Part shown: one piece after another, positions 22,840 to 34,960 of the stretch | Position numbering within the stretch: the first letter of the stretch is position 1 | Layout of the letters: every line of letters starts with the position of its first letter | Assembly: GCA_002269645.1 (NCBI GenBank) | Contig: NIVC01001748.1 | Coordinates: forward strand, 178,787 to 242,786 | Direction of reading: 5' to 3' | Source of the DNA: Macrostomum lignano | Taxonomy: Eukaryota | Length of the DNA stretch: 64,000 nt | Position numbers and translations under genes: made by a program | The notes under the pieces: model-generated | Databases searched by the model: none | What the model saw: only the letters and a program-made list of their open reading frames with translations | What the model was told of the DNA's origin: nothing

Positions 22840-24370
22840 AATAATAGGCCAGCCTGCTTTCTATATCTTATATACTAAAATAGACCAATGGTTTGTCTAT
22901 ATATGGGCCTATATAGCCAGGTCTACAATGTAAATAGCTAATTATAATATATTATTTTAGGTCTAATAGGCCTAAATTGAATCATTGATTGATTAATTAA
23001 TACCAATCAATTGAGCCCTATTGTCATATTTTATGATTTTTTAAATATAGTACGCCTTATAAAGACCTCCGCTCCTAGGCTTTTACATATAGGCTTTAAA
23101 ATAAATGATTTTATTCTAAGCCTTGTACTGTGGTGGCCCCTATTAGAAAAAGTTTTTGAGTGATAGATGGCTATCTAATACATTTTCTATGAGGTAGCAC
23201 TTGGCACAAAGCAATGCAATGCAGCACTTGGTATAGTGCTAAGTGCTTGCTTGGAATCCATGTCAAAATGGTCATGCAAAGAATGGTCTAAGCATTAGAA
23301 CCATACATGCGCAACCCCCTTGATTTACACTGGCCATGCGACTTACTTTTTGACCAAAAATGCAACTCATTTGTAAAAGAAGCCCTAATGCAATTTTGGG
23401 TAAATGGCAGGAATAACTATAACTGTCTTATAAATAAGGGCAAAATGCCTTGTTATCTAATTAGTTTTTATTCTTTAGGCTGGGCATTTTTGCAACTTAC
23501 CCCTGGTCCACCACAATTTATGGTGGCCAGATTGGCCAGGTCAGCCAGTAGTTGTGCATGTATGATTAAAACATTAGTAGTCTTATGGAGTGCTCTATAA
23601 ATTAATAGTGTTATTTAGTATTTTGTTAGTGTATTAGTACTACTGCAAAGGCAAAAAGGACTTTATCGTTTCAATTCCAAAAATGCCTCCTAGGCACTGG
23701 CATATAGGCCTACTTAACCCTTCAGCATTTTTGCTTGACCCTTGATATGCATCTGCACATTTTCAAAATTTATTTCAATAAGGCTTGTGGCCTATATAAA
23801 ATAAACATTTTTGGTTTGCTAATACCTAGGTAGGGCCTAGGTAATTGTATTTGTAATAGGCCTAATATTAGCTATTAGACCCAATTTAAAGTTTATTTAG
23901 ATTTAAATTGTATTTTCAAAAATTTAAAAGCAACGCTTAGTACATAACATAGGCCTAGTATTATATGAATAACCTAGTTAAATATCTAGTTAAATATCTC
24001 TAAATACAAACCTACCGATTTTTAATATAATATGGCAATACAAAGGCAAGCCCAAGCCCCAAGGCAATAGGTCAGGCCTAGCCTACTAATAGGCCTAGTT
24101 AGCCTAGCATGTGCCAAGTCAAGTGCATTGCTATAATGATAGTTCCCCCCTTATTCCTCCCCTAGCTCCCCAAGTGGCGGTCTTGGTCCTACACCGTTTG
24201 AGCGGTTGAACCAGAGGCTAATTTATTATTTTTCGCTAGGCCTAGGGGTAGTTCGTGAGTTGATCGGAACTTGGTAGGTATTATAGGTTTCTAGGTTTAT
24301 ATGTAAATATAGGTTAGTAGATAACTAGGGCTGGTTAACATTGAATAGTGATGTGCGTAATTACGCAAGG
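22840..24370. promoter_or_regulatory. TAGGCCTA-rich segment ending in a putative bidirectional promoter
   Basis: Six perfect TAGGCCTA palindromes, 14-bp palindrome TGCGTAATTACGCA (24354-24367) and a GGTCACATGA E-box-like site, between two divergent ORFs. Function is inferred. Confidence 0.35.
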
Positions 24371-24716
24371 GGTCACATGATCACAATTTGACATTTTTAC
24401 GTGAACTCCTTTTCTTCGTTTTTCTTTCTTTCCCTTTATAAAAACTTAAATTTCATTACTTCTAAAGTTTCCGTTTCCTTTGATTCAGAGTTTTTTCTTT
24501 AAAATAAGACAAATTTGAACAAATAGTTTTTATAACTTTTTGTAATTTAAAAGATTTAACTTATTTTTTTGTTTTCTTATTAAGTCACGTAATTTAATTC
24601 AAAATTACCAACGACCATTAAAATTCAAAGAAACCAACCGGTCCGGTCCAACCCATATTGAGAATATGAGACACTAGCTAGTCTTTTGGTAGCATAGCAT
24701 GACTATATATCGGTGT

Positions 24717-25113
24717 GAAGGGGGCCGTAGCCCAGCGGTCTAGCGCAGGCTCTGGTGTGCCAGCGACCCAGGCTCGATTCCAAGTTCAGTCACATTAATT
24801 TGGGGCTGCATTGGAATCTCGGCTTGGCTCTGCTCGTGCAATTAACGGCCTTGAGAGCCAACCCCCAAGGCGCAGTAAAGTGTACATGCCAAACGATAAA
24901 TAAAGTTTGGGTACACTCCTTTACACTGTACAGGACACAGGAGTACACTCCTGTGTGAGTGTGTGCCTGCGTACGTATCCGCGCGCTTGTATGCCTGCTC
25001 AGGGGTCAGGGGAGTCGGCGGAATGGGCAGTAATGCCTCTCGCCGGTTGTGTGCCTATGTCACTTAAAGTGCGCCAGGGTGCACACAACCCCCCTGCCTC
25101 TAATAAAAAAATA
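24717..25113 (+). mobile_element. tRNA-derived SINE, ~397 bp
   Basis: A-box TAGCCCAGCGG (24728-24738), B-box-like GGCTCGATTCC (24771-24781), A-rich tail, 12-bp TSD ATATATCGGTGT (24705-24716 and 25114-25125), 3' stem GGTTGTGTGC/GCACACAACC. Confidence 0.85.
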
Positions 25114-25892
25114 ATATATCGGTGTTATTATTGAAAATGCCTTCAGGGAATTTTTCCATTAATATTACTATTATCTAGTTGCGACAAAAGTAATTTTTTA
25201 TATACTTTTTAAGAAAAACGACTTGAATGTTTATTTTTAGCATAAATGCAAAGCATCAATTAAGCATGCTATTTTATTTTAGTTAGACTGATAGCCATTG
25301 TTCTAGTAATCCAGGTGCATATAAATATTACCTGATAAAAGTTTCTTTACATCCATGCCCTCAAAACTCACAATAATGTAAAAAGCTTGCAATAATCCTA
25401 TGGCTGAAAGCAAAAATACTCTAATATATTAAACATGAGTTGTCTGTAGCTATGTAGCTATGCAATAGATTTCAAGAAAACATATAAACTCAAACAAATG
25501 TGCATTATGTCAATGTGATCATTGATTTTATAATATCATTATAGATATATTTTTTTATTTGTACCTATAGAACATGCCTTTTAACTTATGGCTTTATGAT
25601 TTCATTTATGACTTCATAACAATGACTTCAGTGTTATAAATAATAAATATAGCATTTGTTTATTATGTTTAATATATAATATTTCTATTTTGTGAATACT
25701 TTTTGTCTTTTCTAGATATTTATATAGTTTTTAATATTTAAAGTTTGCCACACAAAAGCCTAATAAAAATTAGACTTATCTTTTTTATTGAATATTTAGT
25801 CTTAGAGCAAATTCTCAAACTATATCAATTATCTATCATGAAATAATAAGCCTTACAACCTTTAATGCATGTTTTTGTCTATAGTGTCAAGA

Positions 25893-26186
25893 ATGCAAAA
25901 TTCTAATGATAAGTCATTGTCATCTACTAAGCCATTAGCTGCATCACAACTGCCACCACCTCCTCCACCAACTGCTGCTCACTCCTATTATACTAATTAT
26001 GTTTCAAATTCATCAGCCAAAGTTGTTGCTAAAGGCAATACTGGATGGAATGACCCACCATTTGTTGAGACTAATAAATCTGTGGCTCAAACATCCGCTG
26101 ACTCTAAAAGCCAACAATCTGAACTTGGACAGGTAAAATTATATAACCCAAATGACTATGACACTGGCAGTAAGACCTCAAGTTAG
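25893..26186 (+). CDS. Small Pro-rich ORF/exon (97 aa) with GWNDPP motif (SRA1/Sec31-like)
   Basis: Non-repetitive, more GC-balanced ORF in AT-rich DNA; preceded by acceptor TTTTTGTCTATAG| (ends 25884); MQNSNDK..LPPPPPPTAA..GNTGWNDPPF..KLYNPNDY. Possible internal donor CAG|GTAAAA after 26132. Confidence 0.55.
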   Translation: MQNSNDKSLSSTKPLAASQLPPPPPPTAAHSYYTNYVSNSSAKVVAKGNTGWNDPPFVETNKSVAQTSADSKSQQSELGQVKLYNPNDYDTGSKTSS

Positions 26187-26920
26187 AACTGATGATATAC
26201 CACTATTTCAATCATGATATATCATATTCTTATATATGTATTATATTCTTATATACTTTAAGACATTTCAATTGGTATAATTAGTAACTCTATATCTTGC
26301 TATTAAATCTAATTAATATTCTTGAGTTCATTTTATTAATAATGATTTTTTTGAGTTGAATGTAATGTTTTCAACATTGCTTCTTATAATAAATACAAAT
26401 GGCAAAGGTTTGTTCATTTAAGAAGTAAAAATCAAAGCACTTTCATTGTGATTACAATTGCTATAATTTAAAGTTTCTCAACTTGATTTCTACCTTGAAA
26501 GGTACAACATTTATTTTTTAGTATAGTAATAAAACATGTTTGCATAATAAAACAAAGTAAAGTATTTATGTTTGCTTCTGGGTGTTCATTTTTAAATTTA
26601 CTCGGAGATGTGCTGCATTGCTGCTTGCATTTGCATTGGATCAGATGAGAATACCACAATGATGGCAGCCATACTTGATAGTATGCCCAGAATATTCAGA
26701 CAGAAAGCCAAATGACCATATTGTCCGGCCCTGCACTGCCAGTTTGGTTGGTTTCGTTGTGTCCAGAGTCTGAAGATTGAGTTGAGAGTCAAGTTCATTA
26801 AATACTCAAAATACCACTAGTAGTAGTACTCAACATGCTAAAAGCTGAATGAATATTTTCTCTAGGGTTAAAAGAACTCCTACAGATGTAGGCACAACAC
26901 GAATTTCGTATGAACAAATA

Positions 26921-27677
26921 TAGCATTTTCCAAGCCAATTGAGCCTAGGGGCAAGCAATTTAATCCTTATTGGCGAATCAAGCTATTGAAGACTTGTTTT
27001 TTATTGTCTATGGCCCAAAAGGGGTCTATGAAGCAACCAATTTGAGAATCTGGGCACGCAATTAAACCTTTTCACAGTGCTCGTAAATCCTTCACTAATA
27101 ACTTCACTGAAATAACGCCTGCAAATAGATGGCATATCAAAAAATGATTGACATTAGCACTTTGGTTTCAGAGAAACCAATCAAAACAGGCGAAGGCAAA
27201 ACCATGGCATTCAGTACGCTTGTATATAAGCCTAGAAAAATCGTGTCTCTTAAAACAGTGTTGGACAGATTGAAATAAAATCCGATCAAGCTTTATGTGC
27301 AGCCATCGCGAAATGTGCTCAGCACTATCATCTCTCTCGATGGCAGCGACAATCAGGTCGTACTTTTCGTTGCTTATCTTGCGATAGGGTTCTCGGCCTG
27401 CGGGAACCTACTCATCCACTGCATCTTGGGCTGTAGCAAAACTTTCGTCACTGCTCTGCTCGCTAAATTATTCGTCTGCCATATCTATGTTTGTCTAATG
27501 AAATCTGTTATTTTCTTATGGTCTAAGGCTTGCACAACTGTGGAAAGGGTTAATAGCGCGCCCAGATTCTCAAATTGGTTGCTCCATAGACAATGAAAAG
27601 CAAGTCTTCAAAAGCTTGATTCTCCCCATAAGGATTAAATTGCTTGCCCCTAGGCTCAATTGGCTTGGAAAATGCTA
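26921..27677. mobile_element. Non-autonomous DNA transposon (MITE) with long TIRs and TA TSD, Tc1/mariner-like, 757 bp
   Basis: Perfect 50-bp TIR TAGCATTTTCC...AATCCTTAT (26921-26970 / 27628-27677), continuing imperfectly for roughly 100 bp more; TA on both sides; no transposase. Confidence 0.85.
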
Positions 27678-28337
27678 TAATAGGACACTACAGTCGCAAG
27701 AAAGAGAGCTATATTAGATAGAAGGTTAAAGCTTTAGTGTACTTTTCTGGACGAATTTTTCTCCAAATTTGTCTATGGTAAAATCACATTCAGTGCTATA
27801 TGCAGAATCCGCGTCATTTCTGTGCTTCTCTTGTGACCTCAGCCTCAGAAGATGAGATATTGTGAATTAAGTGATAGAAAACAATTAAAACTTCTTATCT
27901 CGCTGCAACAATTCAAAACCCGGCCACCTGTGAATTTTCTGTGTGGTATCCTACTCAAGTTTCCCATGATACATCGGAGACATATAACTGAGAAGTTTAC
28001 CATACCAGTAGCTATCACTCTTTTCTTTGAAGCTGTTTGACCAATTCTTCATAGGCTCTATTTTCATCGAAAGCACAATTGCAATTTCACTCTTGAGTCT
28101 TATAATCGCAACATAAATATTATTACAGACCTGTGCGACTTAACCGAAGCACAAACAGCCATTGCACCGAACAATATATTGATGCACAGCATCACCAGAA
28201 TAGACATAATAAAATATGTAACCTCGTTCTCATTCTCCATGGCCCTTAGCTGACTACTTGCCGGTAGTAGCGAAGTCGGTTGATTGCAGTTGCGATCTGC
28301 GTTTTGTTTGTGAAATTCGGTTGAATTACCAGAATTA

Positions 28338-29270
28338 CCAGAACAATGGTAGCTTGTTTAGATTGTGCATGGCTGAGTTGAACAATGGTAGCTTGTTTAG
28401 ATTGTGCATGGCTGAGTTGAACAATGGTAGCTTGTTTAGATTGTGCATGGCTGAGTTGAACAATGGTAGATTGTTTAGATTGTGGCTGAGTTGAACAATG
28501 GTAGCTTGTTTAGATTGTGGCTGAGTTGAACAATGGTAGATTGTTTAGATTGTGGCTGAGTTGAACAATGGTAGATTGTTTAGATTGTGCATGGCTGAGT
28601 TGAACAATGGTAGATTGTGCATGGCTGAGTTGATCAATGGTAGATTGTTTAGATTGTGCATGGCTGAGTTGAACAATGGTAGATTGTTTAGATTGTGGCT
28701 GAGTTGAACAATGGTAGCTTGTTTAGATTGTGCATGGCTGAGTTGAAAAATGGTAGCTTGTTTAGATTGTGCATGGCTGAGTTGAACAATGGTAGATTGT
28801 GCATGGCTGAGTTGATCAATGGTAGCTTGTTTAGATTGTGGCTGAGTTGAACAATGGTAGATTGTTTAGATTGTGGCTGAGTTGAACAATGGTAGCTTGT
28901 TTAGATTGTGGCTGAGTTGAACAATGGTAGATTGTTTAGATTGTGGCTGAGTTGAACAATGGTAGATTGTGCATGGCTGAGTTGATCAATGGTAGATTGT
29001 TTAGATTGTGGCTGAGTTGAACAATGGTAGATTGTTTAGATTGTGGCTGAGTTGAACAATGGTAGCTTGTTTAGATTGTGGCTGAGTTGAACAATGGTAG
29101 ATTGTTTAGATTGTGGCTGAGTTGAACAATGGTAGATTGTTTAGATTGTGCATGGCTGAGTTGAACAATGGTAGCTTTGTTTAGATTGTGCATGGCTGAG
29201 TTGAACAATGGTAGATTGTTTAGATTGTGCATGGCTGAGTTGAGCAATGGTAGATTGTTTAGATTGTGCT
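28338..29270. repeat. 35/39-bp minisatellite (GAACAATGGTAGMTTGTTTAGATTGTG[CATG]GCTGAGTT)n
   Basis: Tandem units with a recurrent 4-bp indel variant. Confidence 0.96.
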
Positions 29271-30277
29271 AAATGTAAGTACGTGTACCGGCCTGATTAA
29301 GCATCAGGTGTGAATAACGACACTCGGTTTAGTCTCAACTGACGGTATCAGCTGGGGCATGCAGAGGCTATTCGTAAACCCTGAATCTATGAAGTATTTT
29401 CAAGGACTATACTCAAGTACATTATAGAAATAAGAGGCCTAATTTTTTCAGCACAAAAATTGTAATAGCTTTTGCATGATAGGAGGGAGACCCAGCGATA
29501 ATGTTTTAGTATGTCTTGCCTTTCTTTTGGGTCTCTCCTATCAAAAGCAATAATAATTTTTGTGTTGAAAAAACTGAAAACCTCCTATCTCCATATAATG
29601 CGGTATTGTTACGGTAAAACCTGCCTCCTGAAATGTTCCAAGAAAAGTAGTTTCCTGTCTTTCTGCTTGAGTAGTCCTTGGTACTCTTATGCCGAAGATT
29701 TGCTATCAGGAATAACAGTGCTAGATATCGATATGATTATGTGTTATTACATTTGCATGTACTGAAGTGTGAAACTGCGGTATAGCTATAGCTTACTTAC
29801 ATATCCACGCGTCGAAAATTCTATCTAGATTAGTCAATATTACTCGTAAATTGAAGTAGTAGATATTATTACGTGTAATTTGACTCTATATGCTATGCTA
29901 ATACATGAATATATGTGCATTAATGCGCGCGGTCCTGTTCGTGCGCTGTGCGTTCAAGTTTGTTAAAATTAACCAGAAAATTACGTTTTAGCTAAATGAA
30001 ACATTTTGGGAACTGCATGCGATTTGGCGCACGTTAGCCGCACATTGCCATCGTTACCATCATGGAGAAAGGCGAAGAAATGTGCACGAAAATTTCGCTG
30101 GAAGTTTTCAGTAATTAATACTCGATCTCACCTTCCGGACTTATACGCATTCAAGACCCCATTCAGCGCTGCACAAAGAGGCAAATCTTTGTTTAGAAAG
30201 CACAACTGTACCTTGAGCGTTGACTTTTGTGAGCTGCTAAAAAATTTACACAGAATACCAACCAAGATAGAGGCGCC

Positions 30278-31565
30278 CACTATGAGATAGGGGAACGCCC
30301 ACCAAGAGACAGGGGGACGCCCACCAAGAGATAGGGGAACGCCCACCAAGAGACGGGGACGCCCACCAAGAGACAGGGGGACGCCCACCAAGAGATAGGG
30401 GAACGCCCACCAAGAGATAGGGGAACGCCCACCAAGAGATAGGGGGACGCCCACCAAGAGACAATGGGACGCCCACCAAGAGATAGGGGGACGCCCACCA
30501 AGAGACAGGGGGACGCCCACCAAGAGACAGGGGGACGCCCACCAAGAGATAGGGGAACGCCCACCAAGAGATAGGGGGACGCCCACCAAGAGACAGGGGG
30601 ACGCCCACCAAGAGACAGGGGCGCCCACCAAGAGACAGATGCGCCCACCAAGAGATAGGGGGACGCCCACCAAGAGACAGGGGCGCCCACCAAGCTAAAG
30701 GCGCCCATCAAGAGGCAGTGGTGCCCCCCAGGGAGGGGCGCCCACCAAGAGACATGGGCGCCCACCAAGAGATAGGGGGACGCCCACCAAGAGATAGGGG
30801 GACGCCCACCAAGAGATAGGGGGACGCCCACCAAGAGATAGGGGAACGCCCACCAAGAGACAGGGGCGCCCACCAAGAGACAGATGCGCCCACCAAGAGA
30901 TAGGGGGACGCCCACCAAGAGACAGGGGCGCCCACCAAGCTAAAGGCGCCCATCAAGAGGCAGTGGTGCCCCCCAGGGAGGGGCGCCCACCAAGAGACAT
31001 GGGCGCCCACCAAGAGACAGAGGCGCCCAACAAGAGACAGATCGAGGCACCAACCAAGAGACACGGGCGCCCAACCATGAGACAGGGCACCCACCATGAG
31101 ACAGGGGGTGCCCCCAATAGAAGGGCGCCCAACAAGACAGGGACCCCAACCAAAAGACAGGGGCGCTCACCAAAAGATAGGGGGCGCCCACCAAGAGACA
31201 GGGGCGCCCAACCATGAGACAGGGGCACCAACCCAACAGACAGGGGCGCCAACCCAAGAAACAGGGGCGCCCACCAAGAGACAGGGGGCGCCAACCCAAG
31301 AAACAGGGGCGCCCACTAAGAGACAGGGGGCGCCAACCCAAGAAACAGGGGCGCCCACCAAGAGACAGGGGCGCTAACCAAGAGACAGGGGCGCCCACCA
31401 AGAGATAGGGGCGCCAACCAAGAGACGGGGCGCCCACCAAGAGACAGGGGGCGCCCACCAAGAGACAGGGGCGCCAACCAAGAGACAGGGGGCGCCCACC
31501 AAGAGACAGGGGCGCCAACCAAGAGACAGGGGATGCCCACCATGAGATAGGGGCGCCCACCAAGA
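30278..31565. repeat. ~21-22-bp GC-rich minisatellite (GGG[A]CGCCCACCAAGAGACAGG)n
   Basis: Tandem units; same family inverted at 34497-34610 and 62878-64000. Confidence 0.96.
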
Positions 31566-32474
31566 AACCAAACATTAGCGCCCCTTAGGGTTGGGGCACC
31601 ACAAATTAAATCCAATTAGAATTCATACGTACGCCACTGAGGCAGACAGGCAGGCAGACAGACAAACACGGAGACACAGGCGCAGAAAAACAGACAGACA
31701 AAATACTTTGAATTTACATCTATGTAGAACTCCAAAATTCATGCTCATCTCAAAATCAACTCACCGAGCTGGTAACTGCTAGAACTGCAACAATCAACTG
31801 TCGTAGCCATCTTTGAAACTCCTTCGTGAGCTTCGTCGCATGCTTCATTACGATCGGTCATTTCTATAGAACAGCTTTTCGTTGTTGTTACTTCTTCAGT
31901 TGAATCGGTGGTCTGGGGGGTCCTGGGAAATTTTTTTATATCCCCCGTATGCAGATCGAACAGCAGACGATCGAATTAACGTCTTATACAGTTTGAGCTT
32001 GCAGAACACTGAAAACCTAAATGCAGTAGTTTGATAAACAAGATAATAGAATTTATCAGCCAATCAGAATTGAGCTGGATGTCAGCTTTCTCAAAGCTGC
32101 ACGTTATATAAAAATATAAATGCAGTGAGCTCGGTTCATGCTGCTGCACTGTGGCCTGAGCCCGAAGGCTTTAGGCAATTAAAAAGTTATTTCGACTGTA
32201 GATCGTGTGAGATCAGCTTAAGATGCTGTCCTGTTTAGGAGACTAGACATGACAGTACATATATAATTGGGTTAGCATACATGTAGATTCTTTTCGATTG
32301 CTAAATGCATGCTACGAAATCCAAACTACTTACACTTATATATATATTTATTTATTTTATGCATATTACTTAAAGTAAAAAGTAAGAGAATAACGCTTTT
32401 TTCATTTATCGACTCAAGCGAATCGAAAGCCAAAGTGCAGAGGACACCCAATTTTCCTCTAGTCCTTCCTCTAG

Positions 32475-34394
32475 CCCGTCGAACGTTTCACCCGGAATTT
32501 TTTCCGGAATTTTGTGATCCGGGCCCGATTTTTAATTGATTTCCGGGTGAAGGCCCGGATCAGCTTTTTTGGCCCGGAACAGCCCCTTGTTCCGGAAAAA
32601 AATCCGGAAATATGATCCGGAAAATTTTCGGGAAAAGGAAAGCTGTTCCGGTCTGATTTTCCGGAATTTTTCACCCGGAACACTATGGAATTCTGGGTGT
32701 AGACCCGAATTTCAGTAGTGTTCCGGGTGAAAATGTTCCGGGTGAGATTTCGGGAATTGAGTCGGAATTCTCCAGTGATCCGGACCAACTGATCCGGAAA
32801 ATTCACCCGGATCAGCTCCCTTGACCCGAATTTCAGCCAAGTTCCGGGCGAAGCTGATCCGGGAAAATTTCGGGACTTGAGTCGGAATTCCCTAGTGATC
32901 CGGACCAACTGATCCGGAAAATTCACCCGGATCAGCTCCCTTGACCCGAATTTCAGCCAAGTTCCGGGCGAAGCTGATCCGGGAAAATTTCGGGACTTGA
33001 GTCGGAATTCCCTAGTGATCCGGACCAACTGATCCGGAAAATTCACCCGGATCAGCTCCCTTGACCCGAATTTCAGCCAAGTTCCGGGCGAAGCTGATCC
33101 GGGAAAATTTCGGGACTTGAGTCGGAATTCCCTAGCGATCCGGACCAAATAATCCGGAAAATTCACCCGGATCAGCTCCCTTGACCCGAATTTCAGCCAA
33201 GTTCCGGGCGAAGCTGATCCGGGAAAATTTCGGGACTTGAGTCGGAATTCCCTAGTGATCCGGACCAAATAATCCGGAAAATTCACCCGGATCAGCTCCC
33301 TTGACCCGAATTTCAGCCAAGTTCCGGGCGAAGCTGATCCGGGAAAATTTCGGGACTTGAGTCGGAATCAATCCGGCATCCATTATATAAGTTCCATGGG
33401 GATTTTGAGAGGAAGCCTCCGATGGAAAACCGCTGAATACAGACCCCAGCAAATGGCTATCCCATCAGGCAATCCCTGGCATCCATTTGGTCAACGGCGC
33501 TAATTCCTCTTGGAAAGCGAGGGGTAATAAAGCCTCGAAATTGCAATGTGAATTGATCTGCTTTTCGGCGGCTCTGTAGCGTCCGTAATGTGAGGCTGAG
33601 CCCATCCTCCGTACAGGTGACAATTGAAAAATTGTTGCGCCCTGTTTGTGTGCGAGAGGTTTGACTTCCACTGGCATGTAGTCTATCACAGCTGCTTAGT
33701 GTGTCAACGGGCTGAATGATTCTATCGTCATATTTGACGCTTAGAAGCATAAAATCAGCCAACCATATTGTTTGGCACAGCTGGGTGTCTAGACGGAGAC
33801 TGTGGCATGGTTCCAAATAGCTCTAACTGGCCCAGTATGCAAAGCAGCTTTCCTATTAAGATAGACGCTAATCCGATTTTTGTCGGTACATGCTTCCAGT
33901 GGTTTGTCTAAGGCGTTTGCAGTTGCACCAGCCGTGAGCAGATCACGTCTAGAGTAGTCTATACGGACTACTATGGTCGGTAACCATATCGTGTGGCTCA
34001 AGGCAGCTGATAAGCTGACCTGCGATGGATAATCAATCCTCGCTTCTGTTGTGGCTCAAGGCAGCTGATAAGCTGACCTGCGATGGATAATCAATCCTCG
34101 CCCGGAATTGTGTGTTGATCCGGTTTTCGTCGCCCGGAATTTAGCCCGGATTTGTGTGCTGATCCGTTCCACTCGCCCGGATCGCACCCGGAACAGTCAC
34201 CGGATTTTTTTTAGCGATCCGGGTCTATTTTCCGGAATTTTTCTTTTTGATCCGGAAATTTCGCCCGGATTCTGTAAACTTTCGTTACAGATCCGGAATT
34301 TCCCCCCGGATCAGATTGCATTACTGGAATAGGAAAAAATTCCGGGTGAACGCAAAAAATTCCGGGCGAAATTCCGGGTGAAAAGTTCGACGGG
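32475..34394. mobile_element. Non-autonomous CMC/EnSpm-like DNA transposon, 1920 bp
   Basis: 26-bp TIR CCCGTCGAACKTTTCACCCGGAATTT (1 mismatch); 2-bp AG flanks; dense subterminal CCGGA motifs; internal 120-bp tandem repeat. Superfamily inferred from CCC ends plus a 2-bp TSD. Confidence 0.75.
32770..33370. repeat. 120-bp tandem repeat (~5 copies) inside the CMC-like element
   Basis: Identical sequence TTGACCCGAATTTCAGCC at 32821, 32941, 33061, 33181, 33301. Confidence 0.95.
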
Positions 34395-34412
34395 AGTCTT
34401 TTCCTCTGGTTC

Positions 34413-34960
34413 CTCTTGGTTGGGGTCCCTCTGGACAAAGCTGCTTCTTGTCCACTCACCACATCTCTTGTCCACTCACCCACACTTGTCCCACTTGTTG
34501 GCGCCCCTGTCTGTTGGGTTGGCGCCCCTGTCTCATGGTTGGGCGCCCCTGTCTCTTGGTGGGCGCCCCCTATCTCTTGGTGAGCGCCCCTGTCTCTTGG
34601 TTGGGGTCCCTCTGGACAAAGCTGCTTCTTGTCCACTCACCTACATCTCTTGTCCACTCACATACACATATATTGTCCATCCACCGATAGCTCTTGTCCA
34701 CCCACCGATAGCTCTTTGCCACCCACCGATAGCTCTTGTCCACCCACCGATAGCTCTTTGCCACCCACCGATATCTCTTGTCCATCCACCGATATCTCTT
34801 GTCCACCAACCGAAATCTCTTGTCCACTCACCGATATCTCTTGTCCACTCACCACATCTCTTGTCCACTCACCACATCTCTTGTCCACTCACCCACATTT
34901 CTTGTCCACTCACCACATCTCTTGTCCATTCACCACGTCTCTTGTCCACTACTGCACTCA
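34413..34960. repeat. Composite ~20-bp (CTTGTCCACTCACCACATCT)n array with an inserted inverted block of the 30.3-31.5 kb family
   Basis: 48-bp direct repeat at 34413-34460 and 34594-34641. Confidence 0.88.

Noticed and set aside
29476-29545. Local hairpin TGATAGGAG(G)GAGACCC / GGGTCTCTCCTATCA as a pre-miRNA
   Set aside because: Stem of only ~15 bp with a ~35-nt loop; no other support.
32471-33286. 271-aa ORF as a transposase
   Set aside because: It is the 120-bp tandem repeat translated (40-aa repeats) with no DDE motif.
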